This document shows positions 25,210 to 35,088 of a DNA stretch of 38,314 nt, piece after piece. Where the stretch lies: positions 1 through 38,314 of the forward strand of contig JANLPS010000316.1 in assembly GCA_031367385.1 (NCBI GenBank). The letters are read 5' to 3'. The notes below the pieces were generated by a model. It ran no database searches and was not told the origin of the DNA. It saw only the letters and a list, made by a program, of their open reading frames with translations. How positions within the stretch are numbered: position 1 is the first letter of the stretch; each line of letters starts with the position of its first letter. This DNA is from Archangium sp. (lineage in GTDB: Bacteria; Myxococcota; Myxococcia; Myxococcales; Myxococcaceae). Both the position numbers and the translations under genes were made by a program.

Positions 25210-27816
25210 ATGTCCGACCGGGTCCCGCTGCTCGAGGCTCAGCTGCGCAAGACGCTGGAGAGCCGCAGCACCCAACGGGTGTTGCTCTCTGGTGCAGAAG
25301 GCGTCGGGCGCTCGCACGTGCTGCAGCAGGCAGGCACCGCCGAGATGCCGGTGCTGCGAATCGAGTGTGGGCGGGGCCGAGCGAGTGCGTTGATCTTGCG
25401 CGCGATGTTGTCGACCAGCAGCACCAACGAAGAGGTGCTCTGGCAAGTCGTTCAGCAAGCACCGCAGCTGGCCTCGCTCGAGCCCGACCGAAAACAACTG
25501 GCCGCCGAGCTGCTGGGGTCGCTGGTGGGCATTCGCCGCTCTGATTTTCGCAGCCATCGCCTCGATGAAGACGCTCGCCGTGAAGGCGCGTTTCTCGAGC
25601 TTGCGCGGTGGGTGACCGAGCGCGCCCTGGCCGGGGGGCTGCTGCTGGCCTTCGACGATGCGCACCGCTGCGACGATGATGGCATCGCGTTGATCGAGCT
25701 GCTCTCGCAGCAAGAGACCCCGATGCCGCTGTGCCTGGTGGTCTCGTACGATGGCGCACCAGAGCGGCTGAGCCCCGCATTTCGCGCGCGCCGAGAGCTG
25801 TGGGCGAACGATGCGCGGTGGCAGCAGGTCACGGTGAGGGCTCCGGCACCGGCGGCCGTGGTCTCGATGTTGACCGAGCTCGGAGCGTCGGGGGCGAGCG
25901 CGCAGGCATTGTGTGATCAGGCCGAGGGCAACCCCAGCCTGGCGATGGGGCTGTGGCGATTCTGGCAATCGCAACCTGAGCTCGCGGTGCCCGAGCTGCC
26001 GATGACGCTCGATGGGTTGCGGGTCGCTCGGGTGAAGCTTTTGGGCGAAGACGTGGCACGCGCGGCGGCGACGCTGGCGGTGCTCGGCGGAGTCGCTCCG
26101 CTCGCGGCCCTGGCGACCATCGACCCGGGGTTGCCGCTGGCCTTGCAGCGCGCCTCGATCGCCGGCCTGGTGACCTTCGAGCGTCGCGGGCCCCTCGAGG
26201 TGTGCCGGTTCACCGACGTGCGGGTCGTGCCGGGGTTGGGCTCGGGGGTTTCGTCGGCGCAGTCACTGGGCATCAAGGTGACCGCCGGTGCGTGGGCCGC
26301 TGAAGCCCTCGAGCAGCTCGAGCCAGACGCCTTTGGCCCGGTGGCCGATGTGTTGGTGCCCTTGGCGGGGCCGGCGCTCGACGGCACGGTGGCCTCGGTG
26401 TGGCTCGAAGCGTGGGCCGGAGTGGCTCCAGGGCGCGCCGAGGCCGCGGCCCGGCTCGAGTCGGCGCTCGTGCAGGCGCACGGGGTGCGGCGCCTGGTGC
26501 TGTTGCGACGGCTGGCAGAGCTGAAGTTGTTTCTGGGGCACTCGGAGGAGGCGCTGGCCTCGTTGCAGACGGTCGGTCGCACGGTGATGACCAATGCGCG
26601 TCAGCCGCGCTCGCGAGCGCTCGATATCTTAGCGGCGCAACCCCTGGGCGTGCTCGACCGGTGGGACACGCTGACCCCCACCGAGGCGCTGCTGGCGATC
26701 GAGCTCACCAAAGGCGAGTGCCTCTCGCACCTGCTGCGGCGCGAAGAAACCGAGAAGATCTTTCACGACCTCGAGCAGCGGCTGGGCAAGCTCAGCGGAG
26801 GCGCCGCGACTCATTTGTGGATTCGGTGGGCGCGCTCGTGGAGCTGGTTCTTGTGCGAGGTCTTGGGCCGGGCCGCAGACGCGGTGAAGGCCTGCGCGAT
26901 GGTTCGGCAAAAGGCCGCCGCGGCCGACCTGGTGGCTGATGAAGACGCGCTCGGCTTCGTACGTGCGCAAGAAATCGCCTGCGTGAGCATCGGTGATTTT
27001 ACGCGCGCCAGACAGCTCGCCGATGAGCTGATCACCCTGGCTGAGCGAGGCGGCCGCCTGCGCGACGTCTGCCTGGCGTGGAACGCGCGGGCCATCTTGC
27101 ACTTCGGGCAAGGCGAGCTGGTACCTGCCCGTCGAGCGTTCGAGAAGGCGATTGAGATGGCCCGAACCACCGCGTGGACGCGCCGCGAGGCGATCTCGTC
27201 TCACAACCTGGCGCTGGTGCTGACCGAGCTCGGCGAGCTCGACGCGGCGCATGCAATCGAGACGCAGTACGCGAAGCTCTCGGTGTTGATCGGCAACCAC
27301 GCGGCGAAAGTCGAAGCCCCGCTGGTGCTCGCGAACGTCGAGCTCTCTCGCGGTGACCTCACCTCGGCCGACGCCTTGCTCACCACTGCGCGCAAGCTCT
27401 CCGAGACCAACGGGTGGGCGATGATGGTGGCGACGGTGCGCTCGCTCTCGGGCAGGTTGCGGCTGCTTCGCTATCGGGCGAACGGTGACACGCTCGAGCT
27501 GACCAAGGCGAAGAATGACTTCTTGGCCTCGCTCGAAGTGCTCGAAGAGCACAGCACCGCGTGGACCGAGGAGCTCGACCCCGGCGAGGTGTATGCGTTG
27601 TACGCGGCGACGCTGAAGTTGAACGGGCAGACTGATGCGGCGAAGGCCGCGCTCGCCCGAGGTCAGGCGCGCATGCCGAGCGAGAACATCGTTTCGCAGA
27701 AGCAGATGGCGGTCGCGCGGGCCTACGTCGATGGAGTGTCGATTGAGCCCGCGTTGGAGTGGTTCGCCGAGCGCAGCTTCGAGCGCCGCGTGGGGTTGTG
27801 GCGATTGTTGATGTGA
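25210..27816 (+). CDS. STAND/AAA_16-like P-loop NTPase with C-terminal TPR-like repeats
   Basis: Walker A-like GAEGVGRS, Walker B LLLAFDDAH, QAEGNP (GxP); TPR-like helices such as AWNARAILHFGQGELVPARRAFEKAIE; start at ATG 25210. Confidence 0.75.
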   Translation: MSDRVPLLEAQLRKTLESRSTQRVLLSGAEGVGRSHVLQQAGTAEMPVLRIECGRGRASALILRAMLSTSSTNEEVLWQVVQQAPQLASLEPDRKQLAAELLGSLVGIRRSDFRSHRLDEDARREGAFLELARWVTERALAGGLLLAFDDAHRCDDDGIALIELLSQQETPMPLCLVVSYDGAPERLSPAFRARRELWANDARWQQVTVRAPAPAAVVSMLTELGASGASAQALCDQAEGNPSLAMGLWRFWQSQPELAVPELPMTLDGLRVARVKLLGEDVARAAATLAVLGGVAPLAALATIDPGLPLALQRASIAGLVTFERRGPLEVCRFTDVRVVPGLGSGVSSAQSLGIKVTAGAWAAEALEQLEPDAFGPVADVLVPLAGPALDGTVASVWLEAWAGVAPGRAEAAARLESALVQAHGVRRLVLLRRLAELKLFLGHSEEALASLQTVGRTVMTNARQPRSRALDILAAQPLGVLDRWDTLTPTEALLAIELTKGECLSHLLRREETEKIFHDLEQRLGKLSGGAATHLWIRWARSWSWFLCEVLGRAADAVKACAMVRQKAAAADLVADEDALGFVRAQEIACVSIGDFTRARQLADELITLAERGGRLRDVCLAWNARAILHFGQGELVPARRAFEKAIEMARTTAWTRREAISSHNLALVLTELGELDAAHAIETQYAKLSVLIGNHAAKVEAPLVLANVELSRGDLTSADALLTTARKLSETNGWAMMVATVRSLSGRLRLLRYRANGDTLELTKAKNDFLASLEVLEEHSTAWTEELDPGEVYALYAATLKLNGQTDAAKAALARGQARMPSENIVSQKQMAVARAYVDGVSIEPALEWFAERSFERRVGLWRLLM

Positions 27817-27884
27817 GCCCGAAGTCGAAGGACCCTCGAGGAGCCAGAAGGGTATTTCGAGCCCCTCAGGGCGTACGGGGGGGG
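27817..27884. repeat. Degenerate REP-like palindromic element between convergent genes
   Basis: Minus strand reads CCGTACGCCCTGAGGGGCTCGAA…CCTTCGACTTCGGGCTCA, similar to CGTTCGCCCTGAGC..GTCGAAGGG-type repeats. Confidence 0.4.
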
Positions 27885-28754
27885 TCACTTCGTACGCAGC
27901 CGAATCAACCCCTCTTGCGCGGTCGATGCCACCAGTCTCCCGTCACGAGAAAAGATTCGCCCGATCACCAACCCACGAGAGCCGCTCGAACGCGGGCTGT
28001 GCATCACATGCAGCAACCACTCATCGGCCCGAAACGGCGCGTGAAACCACACCGCGTGATCCAGGCTGGCGATCTGCAGCTTCGAGGTCAGCCACGACAA
28101 CCCGTGCGGCCGAAGCGCCGTCGAAATGAACGCCATGTCTGACGCATACGCCAACAGCGCCTGGTGCACGCCGGGCAGCTCGTCGGCCACCCGGTGTATC
28201 GCCCGAAACCAGATCATCCGATCCGCGGTCCCGGGCTGCCCTCCGAGCGGGTGCTCTTCACCGACCGTGCGAATCTCAATCGGCCGCGGCGCAACGACCC
28301 GCGCTCGCATTCGGTCGGGCAACCGATGCGCCTCCTTCGCCATGCGCTCCTGGTCGGTTGGCACCTCTTCGGGCGGAGGCACCACCGGCATCTCGTCTTG
28401 GTGCTCGAGCCCGGTCTCTGGCCTCTGAAAGCTCGCTGCGAGGTTGAAGATCGCCTCGCCGTGCTGAATCGCGGTCACTCGCCGCGTCGTGAACGAGCTG
28501 CCATCTCGCGCGCGATCGACGTCGTAAACGATCGGCACCTTCACATCGCCCGGCCGCAAGAAATACGCGTGCAGTGAATGCACGGTGCGCTCGGGCTCGA
28601 CCGTCTGCTGCGCCGCCGACAGCGCCTGACCGAGTACGTGGCCGCCGTACACGATGCCCCACCCCGGGTCTTCGCTCTGCCCTCGGTACAAGTTCACCTC
28701 GAGCCGCTCGAGCGCGAGCTTCGCGATCAGCTCATCGAGAATGCTCATCGGCAT
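27885..28754 (-). CDS. tesB: Acyl-CoA thioesterase II
   Basis: VYGGHVLGQAL, HSLHAYFLRPGD, RDGSSFTTRRV, LAYASD, ASLDHAVWFH and VASTAQEGLIR; start at 28754 or 28748. Confidence 0.93.
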   Translation of the reverse strand: MPMSILDELIAKLALERLEVNLYRGQSEDPGWGIVYGGHVLGQALSAAQQTVEPERTVHSLHAYFLRPGDVKVPIVYDVDRARDGSSFTTRRVTAIQHGEAIFNLAASFQRPETGLEHQDEMPVVPPPEEVPTDQERMAKEAHRLPDRMRARVVAPRPIEIRTVGEEHPLGGQPGTADRMIWFRAIHRVADELPGVHQALLAYASDMAFISTALRPHGLSWLTSKLQIASLDHAVWFHAPFRADEWLLHVMHSPRSSGSRGLVIGRIFSRDGRLVASTAQEGLIRLRTK

Positions 28755-31126
28755 TGGGTCGTCGCCGAGCTCGCGACCGGGCTGCGAACCGCGGTGCCCG
28801 AGTAGGTGCACGGGTTCACCGAATTGACCCGAATGCGACCAACCGCGGCGCCGCCACCACCGCCTCCGCCTTTATCGGCGGCCCGTGCATTGCCGCCCGC
28901 CGTGGGCACGTTGCCCGCCGAGCCACCGAAGCCCGCGATGCCGCCAAAGCCGGCCGGAGCACACACCGTGCTCGCGGGGATCGAGGTCGTCGCGCTGCCC
29001 GAGACGCCGTTCGCGCCAATGGAGGTGGCTCCGCCACACCCGCCGCTGCCGCCATTCGCGGTGAGCGCGGCCGTCATCCCCATGGTCACCAGGTTGCCCT
29101 CGAGCAACACGCCCCCACCCGAGCTGCCGCCACCGCCTCCTCCGTTCACCGACCCGCCATTGCCACCGCCGCCCGAGGCGCTCACGCGACCTGCCACGCT
29201 CAGGGTGCCCGCCGCCGAGATCTGAATCGCGCCGGCGGCATACGCGCCTTGCCCTTCGCCGACCGTGTTGAGGCCCTGACCATCGCCACCGGGGCACCCA
29301 CCTCGAAGCACGGTCAACGCCGACGAGCCGTTGGCCAACCCCCCATCGCCAGGCAGGCCTGCGTCGAGCGCTCCAAAACCGCCAGCCTCGCCCGCGCCGC
29401 CGTACCCCGCACCGCCACCTCCTGAGTAATTGGGCCCACCCCCGACGGCGTCACCGGCGGTCTGAGCGCCGCATCGCAGGCGGCCCCCCGCACCCGGGCC
29501 AGTCGCCGTCGCGCTGACGTCAATCGCACCCGCGATGCTGACGTTGCCGAGCACCGCCATGATCACCGGCAGGTTGCCTTCGAAGTGCACGCTGCCGCCG
29601 GGCTGAACGGTGAAAGCGTCGAGGGTGAAGAGCATCGCCTCGGTGTTGGTGGCGCCCTGCTTGATGATCGAGATCGCGCTGATGCCGGTGACGCACCCCA
29701 GCCCCGACACGAATTGAAACCCACCGGCATCGAGTGAGTTCGCCCGCACGACGACGGGGCACGTGACGTTGACGATGCGGCCTCCGTCGGTTTGAGCGAC
29801 GTCGGCGGTCGAGAAGTTGCTCGGCGAGTAGGGGAAGAGCGTCTGGCAGGCGCCGAGCGCGGTGCAGCGGCCGGTGTTGTTGCCGCAGCTCGCACCGGGC
29901 GTCGGCGAGAAGATGCACGCGCCGTCGACGGCACAGGTGCCTGAGAACGCCTGACACTCGCCCGGAGTGCAGGTGACCGCCGTGCCCGTGCACGTGCCAT
30001 CGGCGTGGCACTGATCAGCCGCGGTGCAGTTCTGCCCGTCGTCGCACGACCCGCTGCGGGCGTCGTACGCGCAGGCGCCGCCATCGCTCTCGCTGCAGGT
30101 GCCGCTCGCTTGCCAGCACTGACCAGGAGGCGGCGTGTTGCACGGCTTGGCGATGCCTTGGCAACCGGCGTCGGCACCGCACGAATCGTTGATGGTGCAG
30201 AGCGTGCCGTCATCGCAGCTGGCTCCGGTGGCGACCGCGTAGCTGCACCCACCGGGCTCTGCGCAGACCCCCGCGGCAAAACACACCGTCACCGGAGCAG
30301 GACACACCAGCTGCACGCCCGACCCGCAGGTACCGCCGCCGCACACCTCGTTCACCGAGCAGCTCAACGCGTCGTTGCAGGCGTGGGTGTCGCAGCTCGG
30401 GTCGGCACAGTCGCTCTTGCCGTTCGAGTCGTTGTCGATGCCGTCGCTGCAGTTGATCTCGCTGGTGCACATCGACGCAACGCAGGTGCCGAGGCCGCAG
30501 CTCTTTTGGGCGCAATCGGGGTCGGCGCAGTCGGTGCCCTGCCCCACGTTGTCATCGACGTTGTTGCCGCAGTTGCGCTCGCGGCACACACCGTTGTCGC
30601 ATGACGCGAGCAGCGGGCTGTCAGCGACGCCGCAGGCCTGGCCGTTACACGCGCTGCCGCCGCAGGTCACGCACAGGCTGCCAGAGCCCGCGTCGCCCGC
30701 GCCGGCATCGGGCTGGCCGGAGTCAGCCGCGCCGCCATCGCGAGTGCCCCCATCGGTCAGTGCGTCGGGTGATGAGACGAGCAGCACCACCGCGCTGACC
30801 CCCCGGGTTGGAAATTCGGCCGCCACCAGGCCCGACGTCTCGGAGAGCCGAGTGGTGCACTTCGAATCAGAGAAGCCCTGGGCTTCGAGCGTGACCGAGC
30901 TCGGCAAGCTGCCTTGCCCCACCGCGATGATGGCTGACCCACCCGCGGCGATGGCGAAGGGGCCCGACTCGGCTTGAACGCCTCCACCCACGGCGAAGAC
31001 CTTCACGCAGGCCGAGCGCGCATTCGAAGCGAGCCGCACCTCGACGCGAAGCCCGCCAATGGTGCCGGGGTCTGGGCATGCGGCGAAGAGGAGAGTCGCT
31101 CCGAGGAGCCAGCGAATGACGCGCAT
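28745..31126 (-). CDS. Cys-rich and Gly-rich surface lipoprotein (myxobacterial type)
   Basis: Lipobox FAAC; DGG/DAG linker; CxDGxDND…DCADPxC and CDDGxxCTxxDxC repeats; C-terminal GGGGGG/GGSGG-rich domain. Confidence 0.85.
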   Translation of the reverse strand: MRVIRWLLGATLLFAACPDPGTIGGLRVEVRLASNARSACVKVFAVGGGVQAESGPFAIAAGGSAIIAVGQGSLPSSVTLEAQGFSDSKCTTRLSETSGLVAAEFPTRGVSAVVLLVSSPDALTDGGTRDGGAADSGQPDAGAGDAGSGSLCVTCGGSACNGQACGVADSPLLASCDNGVCRERNCGNNVDDNVGQGTDCADPDCAQKSCGLGTCVASMCTSEINCSDGIDNDSNGKSDCADPSCDTHACNDALSCSVNEVCGGGTCGSGVQLVCPAPVTVCFAAGVCAEPGGCSYAVATGASCDDGTLCTINDSCGADAGCQGIAKPCNTPPPGQCWQASGTCSESDGGACAYDARSGSCDDGQNCTAADQCHADGTCTGTAVTCTPGECQAFSGTCAVDGACIFSPTPGASCGNNTGRCTALGACQTLFPYSPSNFSTADVAQTDGGRIVNVTCPVVVRANSLDAGGFQFVSGLGCVTGISAISIIKQGATNTEAMLFTLDAFTVQPGGSVHFEGNLPVIMAVLGNVSIAGAIDVSATATGPGAGGRLRCGAQTAGDAVGGGPNYSGGGGAGYGGAGEAGGFGALDAGLPGDGGLANGSSALTVLRGGCPGGDGQGLNTVGEGQGAYAAGAIQISAAGTLSVAGRVSASGGGGNGGSVNGGGGGGSSGGGVLLEGNLVTMGMTAALTANGGSGGCGGATSIGANGVSGSATTSIPASTVCAPAGFGGIAGFGGSAGNVPTAGGNARAADKGGGGGGGAAVGRIRVNSVNPCTYSGTAVRSPVASSATTQCR

Positions 31127-31230
31127 GCACGGGTGAACCTAGCACTTTGGGGCCCCGCAAGTTCTCAAGAACACTGAGCATTCGGGGTACTTGGGAACAC
31201 CGCACCGCCTGTGCTACCCAGTCGCCACAC

Positions 31231-32250
31231 ATGTCTGTCGCCCTCGAGCTTGAAACAGCCGCCGCCTCGACTGCCCGTCGCCCAGAGAAAGAACTGCTCA
31301 TCGCGAGCAAGGCCTTCACCGTCGAGAACCGCGCCCGCAGCTGGTGGGTGACGGTGTCGACCTTCGCGGTGGTGGCAGGGCTGGCGACGGCGACCACGCT
31401 GCTGCCCTGGTGGTGGGCGCGCTTGCCGGTCTCGTTGTTCATGGGGCTGGTGCTGGTGCGTGCCTTCTGCCTGTTTCATGACTTTCAGCACGGCGCGATC
31501 TTGCGAAATTCGAAGCTGGCGAAGGGCCTGTACTGGGTTTTCGGAGAGCTGATTCTGACGCCTCCATCGGTGTGGCGCGAGACGCACAATTACCACCATG
31601 CGCACACCGCGAAGCTGGTCGGCTCTCACATCGGCAGCTACCCGATGCTGACGCCGGCGATGTACGCGGGCCTCAAGCCGTTTCACCGCTGGCTGTATCG
31701 AGCGGCGCGGCACCCGGTGAACATGATCTTCGCCATCGTGACCGTGTTTGGCATCGGCATGAACCTGCGGCCGTTTCTGCGCGCCCCCGCAAAGCACTGG
31801 AGCGGTCTGGTCTCGCTGTTGATGATCGGCACCCTCGGCGCGGTCTGCTTCGCGCTCGGCCGGCCCGACGCGTTCGTGTACGGCTGGGTCATTCCCATGG
31901 CGGTGGCGGGCGCGACGGGCTCGTACCTGTTTTACGCGCAGCACAACTTCCCCGACATGCACGTGGCCGATCGCCAGACGTGGACGTTTTCGGGCGCCGC
32001 GATCGACTCGTCGAGCTACTTGAAGATGGGCCCGCTGATGAATTGGCTCACCGCGAACATCGGCTTTCACCACGTGCACCACTTGAACGCGGCGATACCC
32101 TTCTACCGGTTGCCCGAGGCGATGGAGTCGATCGCCGAGCTGCAGACCCCTCACACCACCACCCTCTCTGCGAGCGACATGGCGGCGTGCTTCAAGCTCA
32201 AGCTGTGGAGCCCCGAGCAGAACGCGATGATCGGTTACCCGACGCAGTGA
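31231..32250 (+). CDS. Membrane fatty acid desaturase (omega-6/delta-12-like family)
   Basis: Three His boxes HDFQH, HNYHH and HHVHH, plus YAQHNF and IPFYRLPE; start at ATG 31231. Confidence 0.92.
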   Translation: MSVALELETAAASTARRPEKELLIASKAFTVENRARSWWVTVSTFAVVAGLATATTLLPWWWARLPVSLFMGLVLVRAFCLFHDFQHGAILRNSKLAKGLYWVFGELILTPPSVWRETHNYHHAHTAKLVGSHIGSYPMLTPAMYAGLKPFHRWLYRAARHPVNMIFAIVTVFGIGMNLRPFLRAPAKHWSGLVSLLMIGTLGAVCFALGRPDAFVYGWVIPMAVAGATGSYLFYAQHNFPDMHVADRQTWTFSGAAIDSSSYLKMGPLMNWLTANIGFHHVHHLNAAIPFYRLPEAMESIAELQTPHTTTLSASDMAACFKLKLWSPEQNAMIGYPTQ

Positions 32251-32323
32251 CTGCGCCGGTGCTGAGCCGGCCACGCATTGGACGCTAGGCGCGATGACCG
32301 AGCGGTTGTACCTTCGCCCGACG

Positions 32324-33091
32324 ATGCCTCCCGCCGATTGGAATGCTGAAGCGTATCATCGCGTTTCGGAGCCCCAGTGGAATTGGGGCCTGGCGGTGCT
32401 GTCGTCGCTCGAGCTTGCGGGCAACGAGACGGTCATTGACGCGGGCTGCGGCACCGGGCGGCTGACGGCGATCTTGCTCGAGCGGTTGGCGACCGGGCGG
32501 GTCATCGCGCTCGACTCCTCGGCGGCGATGCTCAACGTGGCCCGGCGTGAGCTGGCGCGCTTCGACGAGCGGGTCGCGTTCATCGAAGCTGACCTGGGCC
32601 GACTCGAGGTACAGCACCTGGCCGACGTGGTGTTCTCGACCGCGACGTTTCACTGGGTGCGAAACCACGAAGCGCTGGCGGGTGGGCTGTTTCGGGCGCT
32701 CAAGCCGGGAGGCCGGGTGCACGCGCAGTGCGGCGGCCACGGCAACCTCGCGGCGTTTCTCGCATTGGCAACATCGGTCGCGACGCGCGAGCCGTTCGCG
32801 AAGCACTTCTCTGGGTTCGAGTACCCGGCGAACTTCGCGACGCCGCAGGCGACCAAGGGGCACTTCGAAAAGGCGGGGTTCGAGGGGGTCGAGTGCTGGC
32901 TGACGCCGGCGCCGACGCCGTTCGAGAGCCGTGAAGCGCTCTCGGAGTTCGTCTCAACGGTCGTCTTGCGAACCTATTTGAACCGGTTGCCAGCGAACCT
33001 GCAGCCGGCTTTCGTCGAACACACCATCGACGCCTCGCCGACCCCGTACTCGCTCGACTATGTGCGCCTCGAGATACGGGCCCATAAGTAA
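32324..33091 (+). CDS. Class I SAM-dependent methyltransferase (trans-aconitate methyltransferase-like)
   Basis: DWNAEAY, IDAGCGTGRLT, VFSTATFHWV, LKPGG and DYVRL motifs; alternative start at 32294. Confidence 0.88.
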   Translation: MPPADWNAEAYHRVSEPQWNWGLAVLSSLELAGNETVIDAGCGTGRLTAILLERLATGRVIALDSSAAMLNVARRELARFDERVAFIEADLGRLEVQHLADVVFSTATFHWVRNHEALAGGLFRALKPGGRVHAQCGGHGNLAAFLALATSVATREPFAKHFSGFEYPANFATPQATKGHFEKAGFEGVECWLTPAPTPFESREALSEFVSTVVLRTYLNRLPANLQPAFVEHTIDASPTPYSLDYVRLEIRAHK

Positions 33092-33102
33092 CCGGCCTCA
33101 GC

Positions 33103-34947
33103 TCAAGGCGTGCCCTTGTCGACCGCCCCAAGCACGAATTCGACGCGCCGATTGTTCTCGCGGCCCGTCGCGGTGCCATTGCTGTCTGAAGGGCGATCAG
33201 GCCCATACCCCTTCGGCTGGAGCCGGCTCGTCTCGACACCCCGCTTGACCAGATAGTCACGCACCGACTCGGCGCGCTTCTGCGAGAGCGCCCGGTTCGC
33301 CTCGGGCTTGCCGACGTTGTCAGTGTGCCCCTCGACGATGATGTGCGCAATCTCAGGGTGGGTCACCAAAATCTGACCAACCTGGTTCAACAACCCGAAG
33401 CTCATGGGCTTGATCGTCGCCTTGCCGGTATCGAAGTAGACCTTCTCTTTGATCACCAACTTCTCGCGGGTGATCACCACCAGCTGCTTCTGCGCCTTGG
33501 GGCACCCCTGGTTCGATGGGTCGCCCTTCTCGGTCGGGCAGTTGTCGAGCTCATCGGGCACCGTGTCGTTGTCGGCGTCTTTGACCGGGCAGCCGCGATT
33601 GTCGGCAGGGCCCGACTCTTTCGGGCACGCGTCGTCTTTGTCCAGCGTGCCGTCGCCATCGGTGTCAGGCCACGCGCAGCCCTTGTTCTCTTTGGGGCCT
33701 GCTTCTTTCGGGCACCCGTCTTCGCCATCATTGAGCCCGTCGCGGTCGGTGTCAGGCCACGGGCAGCCCTTGTTCTCAATCGGCCCGGCGATGTCAGGGC
33801 AGCCGTCAGCCATGTCACCAACGCCGTCGTGATCGCTGTCGGGGCACCCCTGCAAAGACGTCAGCCCCTTGACCGTCGGGCACGCGTCTTGGTCATCGAT
33901 CACGCCGTCTTCATCACTGTCGCGCTCGGGGCAGCCGCTCAACCGCGCCAGGCCGGCCTCGGTGACGCACTTGTCGTCACCGTTGCGAACACCGTCGTGA
34001 TCGACGTCGAGATCAGGGCAGTCGCTGGGCGTGTACGCCGCGTTCTCGCTGCACCGGCTGTTGGGCACCGCGAGGCTGATGCCTCCGAAGACCCGATACT
34101 GCGGAGTGCCTGGCGTACGCCCAAACCCCGGCCCGCCCATCGCGAACAATTCAATCGGGCCAATCGGCGCACGAATGCCCAGCAAGAGCTCGAGCGAGCT
34201 GCTGGTGCGGGTGAAGGGTACCCAGCCGATCACGTTCACTTCGCCACGCACGCCCTGGTTGGTGGTGTTGAGCAAGAGCCCAAACTGCATCGCACTGCCG
34301 ACCTCGTCACCGATGACGGTCGCGTCAGGGCTGAGCACCGACTTGCCGCGAATGATCGCGCCGACCTCGAGGCCGGCGCGAATCAAGCCGAACGCGCGAC
34401 CCGCCCCGAGCCGAGGCGCGAACCCCACGCTCGGGTCTTTCGTGTACGCATCGCCGCTGCCCAACGGCAGGCTCAAGCCCAGCTGCAGCCCGAGGTCGAT
34501 GCCTTGATCTCGCGCCTGCGACAAAAACCCGACCCGCGCTTGAACCCACGGAGTGCCCAACGCGGCCGACGTCGGCACCTTGATGTCGGGGAACACGTCG
34601 CCGTGCTGGTAGACGACGATCGGCACCTGCAGCCCGATGTCAAGCCACCGAGTGATGCCGAACGCCGCCATCGCGTGCACGGTGAGCCGATTCTTCACCA
34701 CTGAGCCGACCTGCTTGCCGTCTTCGAACAGCGTGAGCGGGTTGTGCTGGTAATGCAGAATCACCGACGCGCGAAACTGGTGCTCGGGCATCAGGTCGCC
34801 GGTCTGCAAGAGCAGGCCACTCTGCTGCGCCGGGTTGAACGTGAGGTGCTCGAGCTCGAAGGTCGGTATCGTTCGCGGCGCGGCTTGGGCGAAGGCAAAC
34901 GAGGAGACCAACGTCAGTGCGACGACTGCGGCGCGGAAAAATCGCAT
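33103..34947 (-). CDS. OmpA-family protein with N-terminal beta-barrel, thrombospondin type-3 repeats and OmpA_C (TraB-like architecture)
   Basis: Signal peptide; seven DxDxD(G)xxDxxDxCP-type repeats; VYFDTGKA, VEGHTDNVG, LSQKRAESV and NNRRVEF. Confidence 0.9.
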   Translation of the reverse strand: MRFFRAAVVALTLVSSFAFAQAAPRTIPTFELEHLTFNPAQQSGLLLQTGDLMPEHQFRASVILHYQHNPLTLFEDGKQVGSVVKNRLTVHAMAAFGITRWLDIGLQVPIVVYQHGDVFPDIKVPTSAALGTPWVQARVGFLSQARDQGIDLGLQLGLSLPLGSGDAYTKDPSVGFAPRLGAGRAFGLIRAGLEVGAIIRGKSVLSPDATVIGDEVGSAMQFGLLLNTTNQGVRGEVNVIGWVPFTRTSSSLELLLGIRAPIGPIELFAMGGPGFGRTPGTPQYRVFGGISLAVPNSRCSENAAYTPSDCPDLDVDHDGVRNGDDKCVTEAGLARLSGCPERDSDEDGVIDDQDACPTVKGLTSLQGCPDSDHDGVGDMADGCPDIAGPIENKGCPWPDTDRDGLNDGEDGCPKEAGPKENKGCAWPDTDGDGTLDKDDACPKESGPADNRGCPVKDADNDTVPDELDNCPTEKGDPSNQGCPKAQKQLVVITREKLVIKEKVYFDTGKATIKPMSFGLLNQVGQILVTHPEIAHIIVEGHTDNVGKPEANRALSQKRAESVRDYLVKRGVETSRLQPKGYGPDRPSDSNGTATGRENNRRVEFVLGAVDKGTP

Positions 34948-35088
34948 GCGGTCTTTTATCGCTGCGCTCTGGCCGAACCAAAAATCAAATCGACCGTTCT
35001 CGCGTCAGATGTCTGCAGGGCGCAGGTGCGACAGTAAGCTACAACGAGGTTGTGGCACCTACTCCAATGATCTGCTGGAAGGTGCTCC

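Noticed and set aside
27885..33091. Lipid or secondary-metabolite gene cluster (tesB, desaturase, methyltransferase)
   Set aside because: Mixed orientations and no ACP, ligase, PKS or NRPS; consistent with unrelated housekeeping genes
28745..34947. traAB kin-recognition locus
   Set aside because: The Cys-rich protein has a lipobox and a Gly-rich end, with no MYXO-CTERM or recognisable PA14-like domain. It lies downstream of the TraB-like gene and is separated from it by two opposite-strand genes
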